NCBI GenBank assembly: GCA_964421005.1
Contig: CAYQUV010000002.1
Coordinates: 1 to 47,127 of the forward strand
Source: an uncultured Candidatus Saccharibacteria bacterium
GTDB lineage: Bacteria; Patescibacteriota; Minisyncoccia; Minisyncoccales; CG1-02-41-26
DNA: 47,127 nucleotides
Direction: 5' to 3'
Shown: one piece after another, positions 8,922 through 17,777 of the stretch
Layout: every line of letters starts with the position of its first letter
Position numbering within the stretch: position 1 is the stretch's first letter
The notes under the pieces: model-generated
The model's database searches: none
What the model saw: only the letters and a program-made list of their open reading frames with translations
Told to the model about the DNA's origin: nothing
Program-made: the position numbers and the translations under genes

Positions 8922-9500
8922 TTAATCCCCAACCTTAGAAACCTCTTCTAAACCGTTTCTTTCAGTTAAAATCCCGACTAATTTTGCCAGTCTTTCAGTT
9001 CTTTTTCTTATCTCAGTTTCGGTAACCGGGCTGATTTCGTTTATGGCTGCCTTCAAGAAATCATCTTTATCAGAAATCTCCAGTTCATCGGCTAATTTTA
9101 AATATTTTTCCTTTAATTTTCCTCGGTTTCTTCCCTGTCAAATCTTCCACCACAACCTGTAATTGAACCTATGCTTTCTCCTTTTGCTTTAATAGGGATC
9201 CATAAGGAAGCGAAACCAGCATAACAATCCATATTCTCGCTTTTAAACCAAAGAAAGGGTTATCTTGTAACATTTATCACAGAATTCTTTTCTTTTTTCA
9301 GACCCCATAATAATTTTACAGACCCGTTGAACTCCGCTTATTTGAGCAATCAAATTTCCCTTTGTGTCTGTCATCACAATTTTGCCGCCTATGCTTTTAG
9401 CAAAATCATCCTGAACCTTCTAAATATTTCTTAGAAACCATTGTGCTTCTTCTGATAAATTTTTATCAATTATATTTTTATTGATTACTTTAAATTGACC
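8922..9500 (-). pseudogene. Decayed PocR-like sensory-domain gene
   Basis: The ORF track shows no long ORF here. My minus-strand translation gives collinear pieces: ..IIDKNLSEEAQWFLRNI*KVQDDFAKSIGGKIVMTDTKGNLIAQISGVQRVCKIIMGSEKRKEFCDKCYK.. / ..NMDCYAGFASLWIPIKAKGESIGSITGCGG.. / ..KEKYLKLADELEISDKDDFLKAAINEISPVTETEIRKRTERLAKLVGIL... One in-frame TAG, at least two frameshifts, and no start codon. The Cys pattern and the CYAG..PI...G..IG..G motif resemble PocR domains. Confidence 0.6.
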
Positions 9501-9547
9501 ACCAACATTTGATTATAAATCTATAACTGCGAGCCTATTTTAAGCTA

Positions 9548-11818
9548 TTATAACATATTATCATCCGTAAGTTTTCCCCAGTTATTCCCAATTTTTATTT
9601 CTACCTTCAAAGGCACTTTGAAATCAACAATGCTTTCCATAATTTTTTTGATTTTTGGCGCCAGCTTTTTTATTTTACACTTTTTTATTTCAAAAAGTAA
9701 TTCATCGTGAATTTGAAGAATTAGTTTACAATCTCCTCCGATAATCCCTTTATCTTTTAGTTCCACCATTGCCATTTTAATAATATCGGAGGCTGTCCCC
9801 TGAATCTTGGTAGAAATAGCCATCCTTTCCGCTTGATTTCTCAATCTAATGTCAATTGAGTTTATTTCCGGTAAAAATCTTTTTCTGCCAAAAAATGTTT
9901 CGACAAATCCTTTTTTTTGAGTGTCTTTAATTAAATTCTCCCGATATTGCGAAAGAATGACAAAGTTTTTAAAATATTTCTTGATAAATTCTTTAGATTT
10001 TCCCAGAGAAAGATTTGTCCTTTCAGAAAAGCCCTTCACGCTCATCCCGTATAAAACTCCAAAGTTCAGAGTTTTGGCAAAATATCTCTCTTTTTCGGAA
10101 ATTTTGTTTTCCGGAATTTGAAAAACCTCAGCGGCCGTAAGTTTATGAATATCTTTTCCTTTTTTAAATAACTCAATCATCTTTATATCTCCACTTAAAG
10201 CAGCAGCGATTCTAAGCTCCATCTGAGAATAATCAACAGAAAGAAATTTATAGTCGGATTCGGCAACAAAACATTTCCTAATCTCTCGAGAAAATTCCCC
10301 TTTACGGGGAATGTTTTGTAAATTTGGTTCAGAACAACTCATCCTTCCCGTTTCTGTACCTAATTGGTGAAAATGAGGATGAATTCTTTTGTCTCTCGGG
10401 TCTATTAAATCTGCTAATTTTTCAATAAAAGCAGATTTTAATTTGAAAAGTCGGCGATATTTTAAAATCAAATCTATTATTGGATGGACCTTTTTGATTT
10501 TTTGAAGTTCTTGGGAACTTGTTGAAATAAAACCTCTTGGCGTCTTTTTGAGGGCATCGACAGGGAGTTTAAGTTTTTTAAAAAGAACGATAGCAAGTTG
10601 CTGGGGCGAATTAAGATTAAATTCAAAAGTAGCAAGATTGTAAATTTCAGACCTTAATTTTTGAAGCCTTTTCTCAAAATTCCCTGCCAGATTTCTTAGT
10701 TTTTTCAAATCTATTTTTATCCCGTTCTCTTCCATTTCTTTGACTATCGGAACCAATTTTTTCTCAATCCGATAAATCTTTTGAGAAAAGATTCCATCTT
10801 GATAAAGTTTCTCTATCTCCTCATTTATTTGCTCTGTTTCTCCTTTTATTTTCCCCGTCTCGTTTTCAATTTTCTGTTTCTCTCTTGTAGGAAAAAGGCT
10901 TGATTGTTGTTTTTTGAATTCTTCTAATCTTTCAATCAACGTATAGAATTCAAGTTCCTTGAAAATTCCAATAATTTTTTCTTTATCAAACTTATCGAAC
11001 CGACAGTTTTTCAAATTAAAATCCAAAGGAACATCTGATTTCATCTGAACCAATGATCTAGAAATAAAGGCCTGCTCTTTATATTCTTTTAATCTTTTCC
11101 TGATATTTTCTTTTATTTCTTTTGATTTCTCCGTCTCTTTTTCTATTTCTCGATAAAGATTCTCCAAAGTTCCAAACTTCTCAATCAACTGGATAGCCGT
11201 TTTTTCTCCGATTCCCGTCACCCCAGGAATATTATCGGAAGGGTCTCCTCTTAATGCTTTAAAATCGGTAAGTTGAGAAGGATTCAATCCTTGATATCTC
11301 TTTTTGACCGCTTCAATGTCATATAAAATTGTATCTTTTATACCTTTCTTCAAAGTACAGACTTTTGTATTTTCATCAACCAGTTGGAGATTATCCAAAT
11401 CACCGCTTAAAATTATATTTTCAATTTGAGGGTAAACCTGTTTTCTGGAAGCCTGATAGGAAATGGTGGCAATTAAATCGTCGGCTTCAAAACCTTTTTT
11501 TTCAAAAATAGGGATATTAAATGCCCGGAGGATTTCTTTCACTGTTTCAATCTGTTGATAAAGTTCTTTAGGAGCAGGCGGTCTTTTTGCTTTGTATTCT
11601 TTAAATTCTTTATGGCGAAAAGTAGGGCCGGGGGAATCAAAAGTAGCTACAACAAAATCAGGTTTAAAGATTTTTAGGCTTTTCAAAAAAATCAACAAAA
11701 ACCCGTAACAGGCATTGACCAACTTACCCTTTTTTGTTTTTAGAGGCGGCAAAGCATGAAAAGCCCGGTGAACAAGAGAATTACCGTCAATAATGATTAA
11801 ACGCCTTTCGAAAGACAT
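9548..11818 (-). CDS. polA: DNA polymerase I (5'-nuclease plus polymerase domain; the 3'-5' exonuclease domain appears absent)
   Basis: 756 aa. FEN-type N-terminus (LIIIDGNSLVHRAFHA, FEADDLIAT, GDPSDNIPGVTGIGEKTA). Family-A motifs (DYSQMELRIAA, KTLNFGVLYGMS, QIHDELLFE). Only a short linker joins the nuclease to the polymerase thumb. Confidence 0.95.
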   Translation of the reverse strand: MSFERRLIIIDGNSLVHRAFHALPPLKTKKGKLVNACYGFLLIFLKSLKIFKPDFVVATFDSPGPTFRHKEFKEYKAKRPPAPKELYQQIETVKEILRAFNIPIFEKKGFEADDLIATISYQASRKQVYPQIENIILSGDLDNLQLVDENTKVCTLKKGIKDTILYDIEAVKKRYQGLNPSQLTDFKALRGDPSDNIPGVTGIGEKTAIQLIEKFGTLENLYREIEKETEKSKEIKENIRKRLKEYKEQAFISRSLVQMKSDVPLDFNLKNCRFDKFDKEKIIGIFKELEFYTLIERLEEFKKQQSSLFPTREKQKIENETGKIKGETEQINEEIEKLYQDGIFSQKIYRIEKKLVPIVKEMEENGIKIDLKKLRNLAGNFEKRLQKLRSEIYNLATFEFNLNSPQQLAIVLFKKLKLPVDALKKTPRGFISTSSQELQKIKKVHPIIDLILKYRRLFKLKSAFIEKLADLIDPRDKRIHPHFHQLGTETGRMSCSEPNLQNIPRKGEFSREIRKCFVAESDYKFLSVDYSQMELRIAAALSGDIKMIELFKKGKDIHKLTAAEVFQIPENKISEKERYFAKTLNFGVLYGMSVKGFSERTNLSLGKSKEFIKKYFKNFVILSQYRENLIKDTQKKGFVETFFGRKRFLPEINSIDIRLRNQAERMAISTKIQGTASDIIKMAMVELKDKGIIGGDCKLILQIHDELLFEIKKCKIKKLAPKIKKIMESIVDFKVPLKVEIKIGNNWGKLTDDNML

Positions 11819-11959
11819 AATTTTTGAATTTTTTAGGTTAGGTTTATTGGATCTAAATCTTTTATTTCTTTATTCTATTCTCTCTTAACTAAAAAATAAA
11901 CTTTTTGAATAAATATAAACTTATTTTCTGAATAGAAACCAAAAATGGTATTACGGGCA

Positions 11960-12466
11960 TTAATTGATAAAGATAATTATTTCTCTTTGATTCACCGACT
12001 TGATTTTAAATTTTATCCAGAGAATCTCTCTGGGTAAAATTTTTTTGATCTTATCTGCCCATTCAATAGAAACAATATTTTTGGGGTCGGAGATAATTTC
12101 ATTAAAACCAAGAGTTAATAACTCCTTTGGTTTTTCAAGCCGATAACAATCGAAATGATAAAATCGTTGAAATTTTGAACTTGACAACTTCGGGGAAATT
12201 TTAAATTTTCTCAAGATAATAAAGGTAGGACTGAGAACTTTATCTTTTATTCCAAGACCTCTGGCAAATCCCTTTAAAAAAGTCGTCTTCCCTCCTCCTA
12301 AATCTCCCTCAAGAGCCAGTAAAGTCGCTCTTTTTTTCTCAGATTCTTTCAAAATACCTTTTCCCCCTAAAATATCTTCAGCCAGATTTTTGGCCAAATT
12401 TTCGGTCTCTGCTGCTGAAAAAGTTAAATAAATTTTTCTTTTTTCATTTTTTCTTTTCATTGACAT
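11960..12466 (-). CDS. tsaE: tRNA t6A37 threonylcarbamoyl-transfer accessory ATPase TsaE
   Basis: 168 aa. LEGDLGGGKTTFLKGFARGLGI, SPTF, YHFDCYRL motifs in the canonical TsaE/YjeE order. Confidence 0.85.
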   Translation of the reverse strand: MSMKRKNEKRKIYLTFSAAETENLAKNLAEDILGGKGILKESEKKRATLLALEGDLGGGKTTFLKGFARGLGIKDKVLSPTFIILRKFKISPKLSSSKFQRFYHFDCYRLEKPKELLTLGFNEIISDPKNIVSIEWADKIKKILPREILWIKFKIKSVNQREIIIFIN

Positions 12467-12559
12467 AGATAATAAAATAAGTTAAATTTAAGAAAAATCA
12501 TAATATAAAGCAGATAAAAATTTCTTCCAAAATTAAAAAATTGGCAGAGATAGATAATA

Positions 12560-13696
12560 ATGAAAGAAGATTTTAAAAAAGTAAAGAAATTAATAGATAA
12601 GTATCAAAATATCAAGCTCTTACCCTCTCCTTTGCTGGAAAAAGATACTTTCCCAGCAGCCCTGGCTCTTCTCTATAGTTTAAGAAAATTAGGGAAAAAT
12701 GTAAAACTCATTTCTGCCCGCTTCCCTGAAAAATTCAATTTCCTCGTAGAAGAAAAGAAAACCGAAGAAAACGAATTTAAAAAAGAGAATCCTCAGATTC
12801 CGGAAGCAAACTTTTTAATTTCAATCAAAGAATTACCGGTAAAACTTTCTCAAATTTATTATGAAAAAACAGCTGAGGGCCTGAATCTTTATCTGAAAAC
12901 AAAGAACGGAGAATTAAAAGAAGAAAACGTCACTTTCAAACCATTAAAATCTTTTGATTCAGGAAATCTTCTTATTACTCTTGGTATCAGGGATTTCAAA
13001 GAAGTTAAAGAGTTATTGAAAGAAAATAAGGGAGAGATTATAAATATTGATAGGAATCCGGAAAATAAAGAATACGGAAATCTAAATCTAATAGAACCTA
13101 GCTCTATTTCTTTTTCAGAAATTATTTTTGATATTTTAAATTCATTGAATGAAAATTTATTTGACATTAATGTCTCAAAATCCCTGTTGGCTGGTATAAT
13201 TTTAGGAACATCGAACTTTCAAGAAAATAAACTCAATCCCGAAGTTTTTCAAAAAATATCGTTTTTGATGAAAAAAGGAGCAAATTTCCACGAGATAATT
13301 TCCAATCTTTACAGGTTAAAAAACGAAAACTCGTTTCGGCTTTTCAAAAGGGTGCTAAATAAACTAAAAATATCCAATAATAAAAGCCTCGGTTGGGTCA
13401 CTATTTCTGATAAAGACTTCCGGGATACCCGCTCTTTCCCTTCCGATCTTCCTTTCACTCTCGAAAATTTAACCTCTCAGATTTTTCCTTTCAGAAATTT
13501 CCTTTGTCTCTGGGAAAACAAGTCTTCCCCGATAAATGTCTGGGGAGTTTTTTATTCTCCGAATAAAAAATTAACCAAAAAAATCTCAGAGGAACTCCGA
13601 GGAAAAGAAAAGGGAGATGCCGTTTTTTTCCGGAGCCAAGATTCAAATATTGAAAGTGCCGAAGAAAAAATTCTGGAAATAATAAATCAAGTTTAA
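12560..13696 (+). CDS. DHH/DHHA1-family (NrnA-like) protein with degenerate catalytic motifs
   Basis: 378 aa. Collinear with NrnA-type phosphoesterases, but the motif positions read LPSPLLEKD (for HxxPDGD), IDRN (for DHH) and GIILGTSNF (for GxxTDTGxF). Confidence 0.5.
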   Translation: MKEDFKKVKKLIDKYQNIKLLPSPLLEKDTFPAALALLYSLRKLGKNVKLISARFPEKFNFLVEEKKTEENEFKKENPQIPEANFLISIKELPVKLSQIYYEKTAEGLNLYLKTKNGELKEENVTFKPLKSFDSGNLLITLGIRDFKEVKELLKENKGEIINIDRNPENKEYGNLNLIEPSSISFSEIIFDILNSLNENLFDINVSKSLLAGIILGTSNFQENKLNPEVFQKISFLMKKGANFHEIISNLYRLKNENSFRLFKRVLNKLKISNNKSLGWVTISDKDFRDTRSFPSDLPFTLENLTSQIFPFRNFLCLWENKSSPINVWGVFYSPNKKLTKKISEELRGKEKGDAVFFRSQDSNIESAEEKILEIINQV

Positions 13697-13745
13697 TCCG
13701 TAATTAACCATAATTAACCATAAAATTTACAACCAGCCCTAATCT

Positions 13746-15038
13746 ATGGCAGAAATCAGAGGACAGGTAAAAATTGAAAAAGAGAGATTTGTTCAGATCA
13801 AAAAAAATATTGACAATATTTTTGATCTAAAAAAAGAAATTGAAAAAAACTTAGAAAGGGAGATAACGAAACTTCTGGAGGTCATTCTGGCAGGAAGTAT
13901 AATCCTTGATGCTTCCGACCTTCATATTGAGCCGGAGAGAGAAAAGGTGAAAATGAGATTGAGAATTGACGGAATTCTCCATGAGATTATTCTTTTTAAA
14001 CCCAAAATATACGAGAATCTTCTCTCTCGGATTAAACTCTTATCGGGTATTAAATTGAATATCACCGATAGAGCCCAGGACGGCCGTTTTACAATAATTC
14101 TGGAAGAAAACCCGATTGAAATAAGGGTTTCAACTTTACCTTCGGAATACGGAGAAACAAGCGTTTGTCGGATTCTAAATCCTAAAAACTTGATTGAAAT
14201 TGAAGAATTGGGTTTGAGAGAAGATATAATCGATGTTTTTAAGAAAGAAATCCAGCGACCCAATGGAATGATTATTATCACCGGTCCTACCGGAAGCGGC
14301 AAAACAACAACTTTGTATACAATTTTAAAAAGAATTCAAAGGCCTGAGATTAAAATTATAACCATTGAAGACCCAATTGAATATCACCTGAAGGGAATTT
14401 CCCAAACTCAGGTTAATCCGAAAAAAGGATACGACTTCTCCAACGGACTAAAAGCCATTATCAGACAGGATCCCGATGTAATTCTGGTCGGCGAAATTAG
14501 AGATTTAGAAACAGCAAGAAGCGCCATTCAGGCAGCTCTGACCGGCCATTTAGTTCTGACAACGCTACATACCAATGATGCTGCCGGAGTAATAGCTAGA
14601 CTTCAGGCATCGGGAGAAAAACTAGTTAATATTGCCCCGGCTCTTAATTTAACCATAGCTCAGAGATTGGTCAGAAAAGTTTGCAAAAAATGTGCTAAAC
14701 TTGAAAAAGCGAGCGAGGAAGAGAAAAAACTCCTTAAGAGAGAATTAAAATCCTTGCCAAAAAAAATAAAGATTCCTTCGCTAGACAAAATCAAAATACC
14801 CAAAGCAAAAGGTTGTAAATATTGTAACTTTACTGGCTACAAGGGAAGAACAGGTATTTTTGAATTCTTTTTGGTAGACGATGAGATGGAGAATTTCATT
14901 CTTAAATCACCCTCTATTTCGGATTTAAGGAAAATGGCTGAAAAAAAGGGAATGGTAACAATGAGAAAAGACGGATTAATCAAAGTTGTCAGGGGAATAA
15001 CCACAATCGAAGAAGTAAATAGAGAAACCGGTCAATAA
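13746..15038 (+). CDS. Type II/IV secretion-family hexameric ATPase (GspE/PilB type)
   Basis: 430 aa. Walker A GPTGSGKTTTLY. Asp box / Walker B DPDVILVGEIRD. His box GHLVLTTLHTNDA. Tetracysteine CKKC...CKYC. Confidence 0.9.
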   Translation: MAEIRGQVKIEKERFVQIKKNIDNIFDLKKEIEKNLEREITKLLEVILAGSIILDASDLHIEPEREKVKMRLRIDGILHEIILFKPKIYENLLSRIKLLSGIKLNITDRAQDGRFTIILEENPIEIRVSTLPSEYGETSVCRILNPKNLIEIEELGLREDIIDVFKKEIQRPNGMIIITGPTGSGKTTTLYTILKRIQRPEIKIITIEDPIEYHLKGISQTQVNPKKGYDFSNGLKAIIRQDPDVILVGEIRDLETARSAIQAALTGHLVLTTLHTNDAAGVIARLQASGEKLVNIAPALNLTIAQRLVRKVCKKCAKLEKASEEEKKLLKRELKSLPKKIKIPSLDKIKIPKAKGCKYCNFTGYKGRTGIFEFFLVDDEMENFILKSPSISDLRKMAEKKGMVTMRKDGLIKVVRGITTIEEVNRETGQ

Positions 15039-15042
15039 AAAA

Positions 15043-15162
15043 GTTAGCCCGAAGTCTCTTCCTTAAAAATTCTTTTTGAGGCCAGAATTTTTTCCGGGGG
15101 TAATCGAGCAACGCTTGATTATCCCATTCAAGAAAAAATTCCTAAATTGACTTCGGGCTAAC
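15043..15162. repeat. Perfect 14-bp inverted repeat closing a roughly 120-bp intergenic element
   Basis: GTTAGCCCGAAGTC (15043..15056) and GACTTCGGGCTAAC (15149..15162). The inner flanks show further imperfect complementarity (aattctttttga / tcaagaaaaaatt). Confidence 0.6.
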
Positions 15163-15190
15163 CCTTTAATTGTAATATATTTTTCTAATT

Positions 15191-16201
15191 ATGTCAAGAG
15201 ATAAGATTATTGAGAATAGGGAAGAAGAAGTCTTGGATTTAACTTTGAGGCCAAAAAATTGGGAAGAATATGTAGGTCAGGACAAGGTAAAAGAAAATCT
15301 GAAAATCATCATTACCGCCGCCAAACAAAGAAAAGAAACACCCGAACACCTTCTTTTTTACGGCGGTTCGGGACTAGGCAAAACCTCTATCGCTCATTTG
15401 GTAGCCAAAGAAATAGGAAAAGAAATTAAAGTTACTTCAGGTCCGGCAATAGAAAAACCCGGGGATCTTGCGGCTATTTTAACTAACCTCTCCCCGGGCA
15501 CTGTTTTGTTTTTAGACGAATGCCATCGTCTTTCCAGAGTCATCGAGGAATATCTCTACCCGGCAATGGAGGATTTCAAATTAAATCTGGTCCTGGGGAA
15601 AGGACCTATGGCAAGAACAATGACTCTCTCAGTCCCTCCTTTCACTCTTATTGGAGCAACAACCCGATTAGCATCTCTTTCCGCTCCTTTAAGGTCGCGA
15701 TTCGGAGCAATTTTTGGTTTAAATTTTTACCGGGTTTCTGATATCGAAAAAATTCTTCAACGGTCTGCTCAACTTCTAAATATCGAAGCAGATAAGGAAT
15801 CTTTGAACATTATTGCGAAGTGTTCTCGCTTTACTCCCAGAGTCGCTAATCATCTTTTAAAAAGGGTAAGAGATTTTGCTCAAGTCAAAGGTGAAGGGAA
15901 AATTACCAAAAAGATTACCGGTGATGCTTTGAAGAGTTTGGAAATTGATGAATTAGGCTTAATTCAAAACGATAGAAGGATTTTAGAAACAATTATTAAA
16001 AAATTCAACGGAGGACCGGTTGGTCTCCAGGCATTAGCTGCCGCTGTCAACGAAGAAGAAGATACAATTTTAGATATCTATGAGCCCTATTTGATGCGCC
16101 TTGGTTTTATTGAAAGAACACCCAGGGGCAGAGTTGTTACTAAATCTGCCTTTCAGCATCTCGGGATAAACTTTAAAAACCATCAAAATTCTTTACTTTA
16201 A
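15191..16201 (+). CDS. ruvB: Holliday junction branch-migration ATPase RuvB
   Basis: 336 aa. LRPKNWEEYVGQ, Walker A GGSGLGKTSIA, Walker B LFLDECHRL, sensor GATTR, RTPRG near the C-terminus. Confidence 0.95.
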   Translation: MSRDKIIENREEEVLDLTLRPKNWEEYVGQDKVKENLKIIITAAKQRKETPEHLLFYGGSGLGKTSIAHLVAKEIGKEIKVTSGPAIEKPGDLAAILTNLSPGTVLFLDECHRLSRVIEEYLYPAMEDFKLNLVLGKGPMARTMTLSVPPFTLIGATTRLASLSAPLRSRFGAIFGLNFYRVSDIEKILQRSAQLLNIEADKESLNIIAKCSRFTPRVANHLLKRVRDFAQVKGEGKITKKITGDALKSLEIDELGLIQNDRRILETIIKKFNGGPVGLQALAAAVNEEEDTILDIYEPYLMRLGFIERTPRGRVVTKSAFQHLGINFKNHQNSLL

Positions 16202-16229
16202 TTTAGCATCTTTTATATCATTAATTGCT

Positions 16230-17501
16230 TTGCTCACTGGCGCAAAAATGAAGATGCTCAAGGTAATTCATTTTATTTTTCTCTTCTTCCCTTTGCTGGT
16301 TTCTGCCTTCAATCCTCTCGATGTTGTTATAAACGAAATATGCTGGATGGGAACTAAAACCAGCAGTGCTGATGAGTGGATAGAGTTATACAACAAAACC
16401 AATCAAGATATTAATCTTGATGGCTGGGGATTATATAAGGAAGGAGGAAAAACTTTAATTGAACCTTTAACTGGAACAATCAAAGCAAAATCTTATTATC
16501 TTATTGAAAGAACAGATGATAGCACAATCAGCAATATTCCGGCTAGCCAAGAGCCAAGTAGTTGGGGAGGTTACGGACTTAAAAATAGCGGAGAACATTT
16601 ACAACTCTTAGATCAAAATTCTGCAATAATTGATGAAATTAATTGTATAGACGGCTGGTTTGCTGGCGATAATTCAACTAAAGCAACTATGGAAAGAAGA
16701 GATTCTTTGGTCAATGGAAATAATCCCAAAAATTGGCAAACTAGCGAGAATCCCGGAGGCACCCCAAAGACTGAAAACAGTTTAGGAAAAACAGACACAG
16801 AACTTGAGCCGGGAACAGTCACTACTTCCATCCCTACTTCTACTAAAAATACAGTTAGCAGATCAGAATCAAAAGTTTATCCTCAAAATATTTTTATCAA
16901 CGAAGTTCTTCCTTCACCCGAAGGCTCTGATGCTAAAAACGAATGGATAGAGATATTTAATGGGAATAATTTTGAAGTTGACATCTCTAATTGGAAAATT
17001 CAAGACACAATAGGAAATATAACTACTTATAGTTTTCCAGAAGGAACAAAAATTAAAGCTAAAGGGTTTTTGGTTTTAGCCCGACCTCAGACAAAAATTA
17101 CTTTACAAAATAGCGGCGATACTCTAAACCTTATCCAGCCAGATGGAATTATCATAGATACGATAACTTATAGAAAAGCACCATTAAATCAGTCGTATAA
17201 TCGCACGGAGTCTGACTGGCAATGGAGCACCGTTTTAACGCTCGGCTCCTCAAATATTATTTCCACCCCTCAACAATCAAAAGAGAAGATTCAAGAGAAA
17301 GAGACGGAGATTAAAGTTTCAGAAGACAAACCTCTGGCTGATTCTGAAATAAAGAAAAAATTAGCAGCAATCGGTGAACAAATTCCAGAATCCTCAAAAG
17401 AATCTCTTCACACTTTTTTAATTGCTCTTGGTATAGCCGTCGTCTCGGGAATTCTTGTTCTATTTCTTAAAAAGAAATTTGAAACGGAAAAACAATTGTA
17501 A
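16230..17501 (+). CDS. Cell-surface protein with two lamin-tail-like domains and a C-terminal TM anchor
   Basis: 423 aa. Signal-like N-terminus. Two copies of the LTD signature (VVINEICWMGT..ADEWIELYNKT..INLDGW and IFINEVLPSPEG..KNEWIEIFNGNNFEVDISNWKI). C-terminal hydrophobic helix followed by KKKFE. The real start is probably the ATG at 16248 (MKMLKV). Confidence 0.75.
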   Translation: MLTGAKMKMLKVIHFIFLFFPLLVSAFNPLDVVINEICWMGTKTSSADEWIELYNKTNQDINLDGWGLYKEGGKTLIEPLTGTIKAKSYYLIERTDDSTISNIPASQEPSSWGGYGLKNSGEHLQLLDQNSAIIDEINCIDGWFAGDNSTKATMERRDSLVNGNNPKNWQTSENPGGTPKTENSLGKTDTELEPGTVTTSIPTSTKNTVSRSESKVYPQNIFINEVLPSPEGSDAKNEWIEIFNGNNFEVDISNWKIQDTIGNITTYSFPEGTKIKAKGFLVLARPQTKITLQNSGDTLNLIQPDGIIIDTITYRKAPLNQSYNRTESDWQWSTVLTLGSSNIISTPQQSKEKIQEKETEIKVSEDKPLADSEIKKKLAAIGEQIPESSKESLHTFLIALGIAVVSGILVLFLKKKFETEKQL

Positions 17502-17712
17502 AGCTAAAAACCAAATAAAAATTGCACAGCAATAGACCTTTTGTTTTTTGAAATTTAGAAGCGTACCTGGCTCGGCTAAAATTATTATATCTAAAAACGA
17601 AAGCGTAGCATTCGGCTTACCACTATACATTTATATTCTATTGGCAAGAAAAAAGATTATTCCATTTTGTTTTTTCTTTTGTTGAGTATAGTTTTCAGAA
17701 ACGTAAGAAAAA

Positions 17713-17750
17713 AGCGTGAATGCCGATAAAAGAGGCATTCACGCTTTTTT
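17713..17750. terminator. Bidirectional intrinsic terminator between convergent genes
   Basis: Perfect 12-bp stem AGCGTGAATGCC / GGCATTCACGCT with a 9-nt loop, preceded by an A-run and followed by TTTTTT. Confidence 0.8.
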
Positions 17751-17777
17751 AAACCCAGAATTCAAAGGGATTAGAGC

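Noticed and set aside
17502-17777. Largest clean intergenic gap checked for a tRNA or other small RNA gene
   Set aside because: I found no acceptor-stem or T-loop (GTTCRANYC-like) pattern or cloverleaf-compatible pairing by eye. The only strong structure is the terminator hairpin at 17713..17750.
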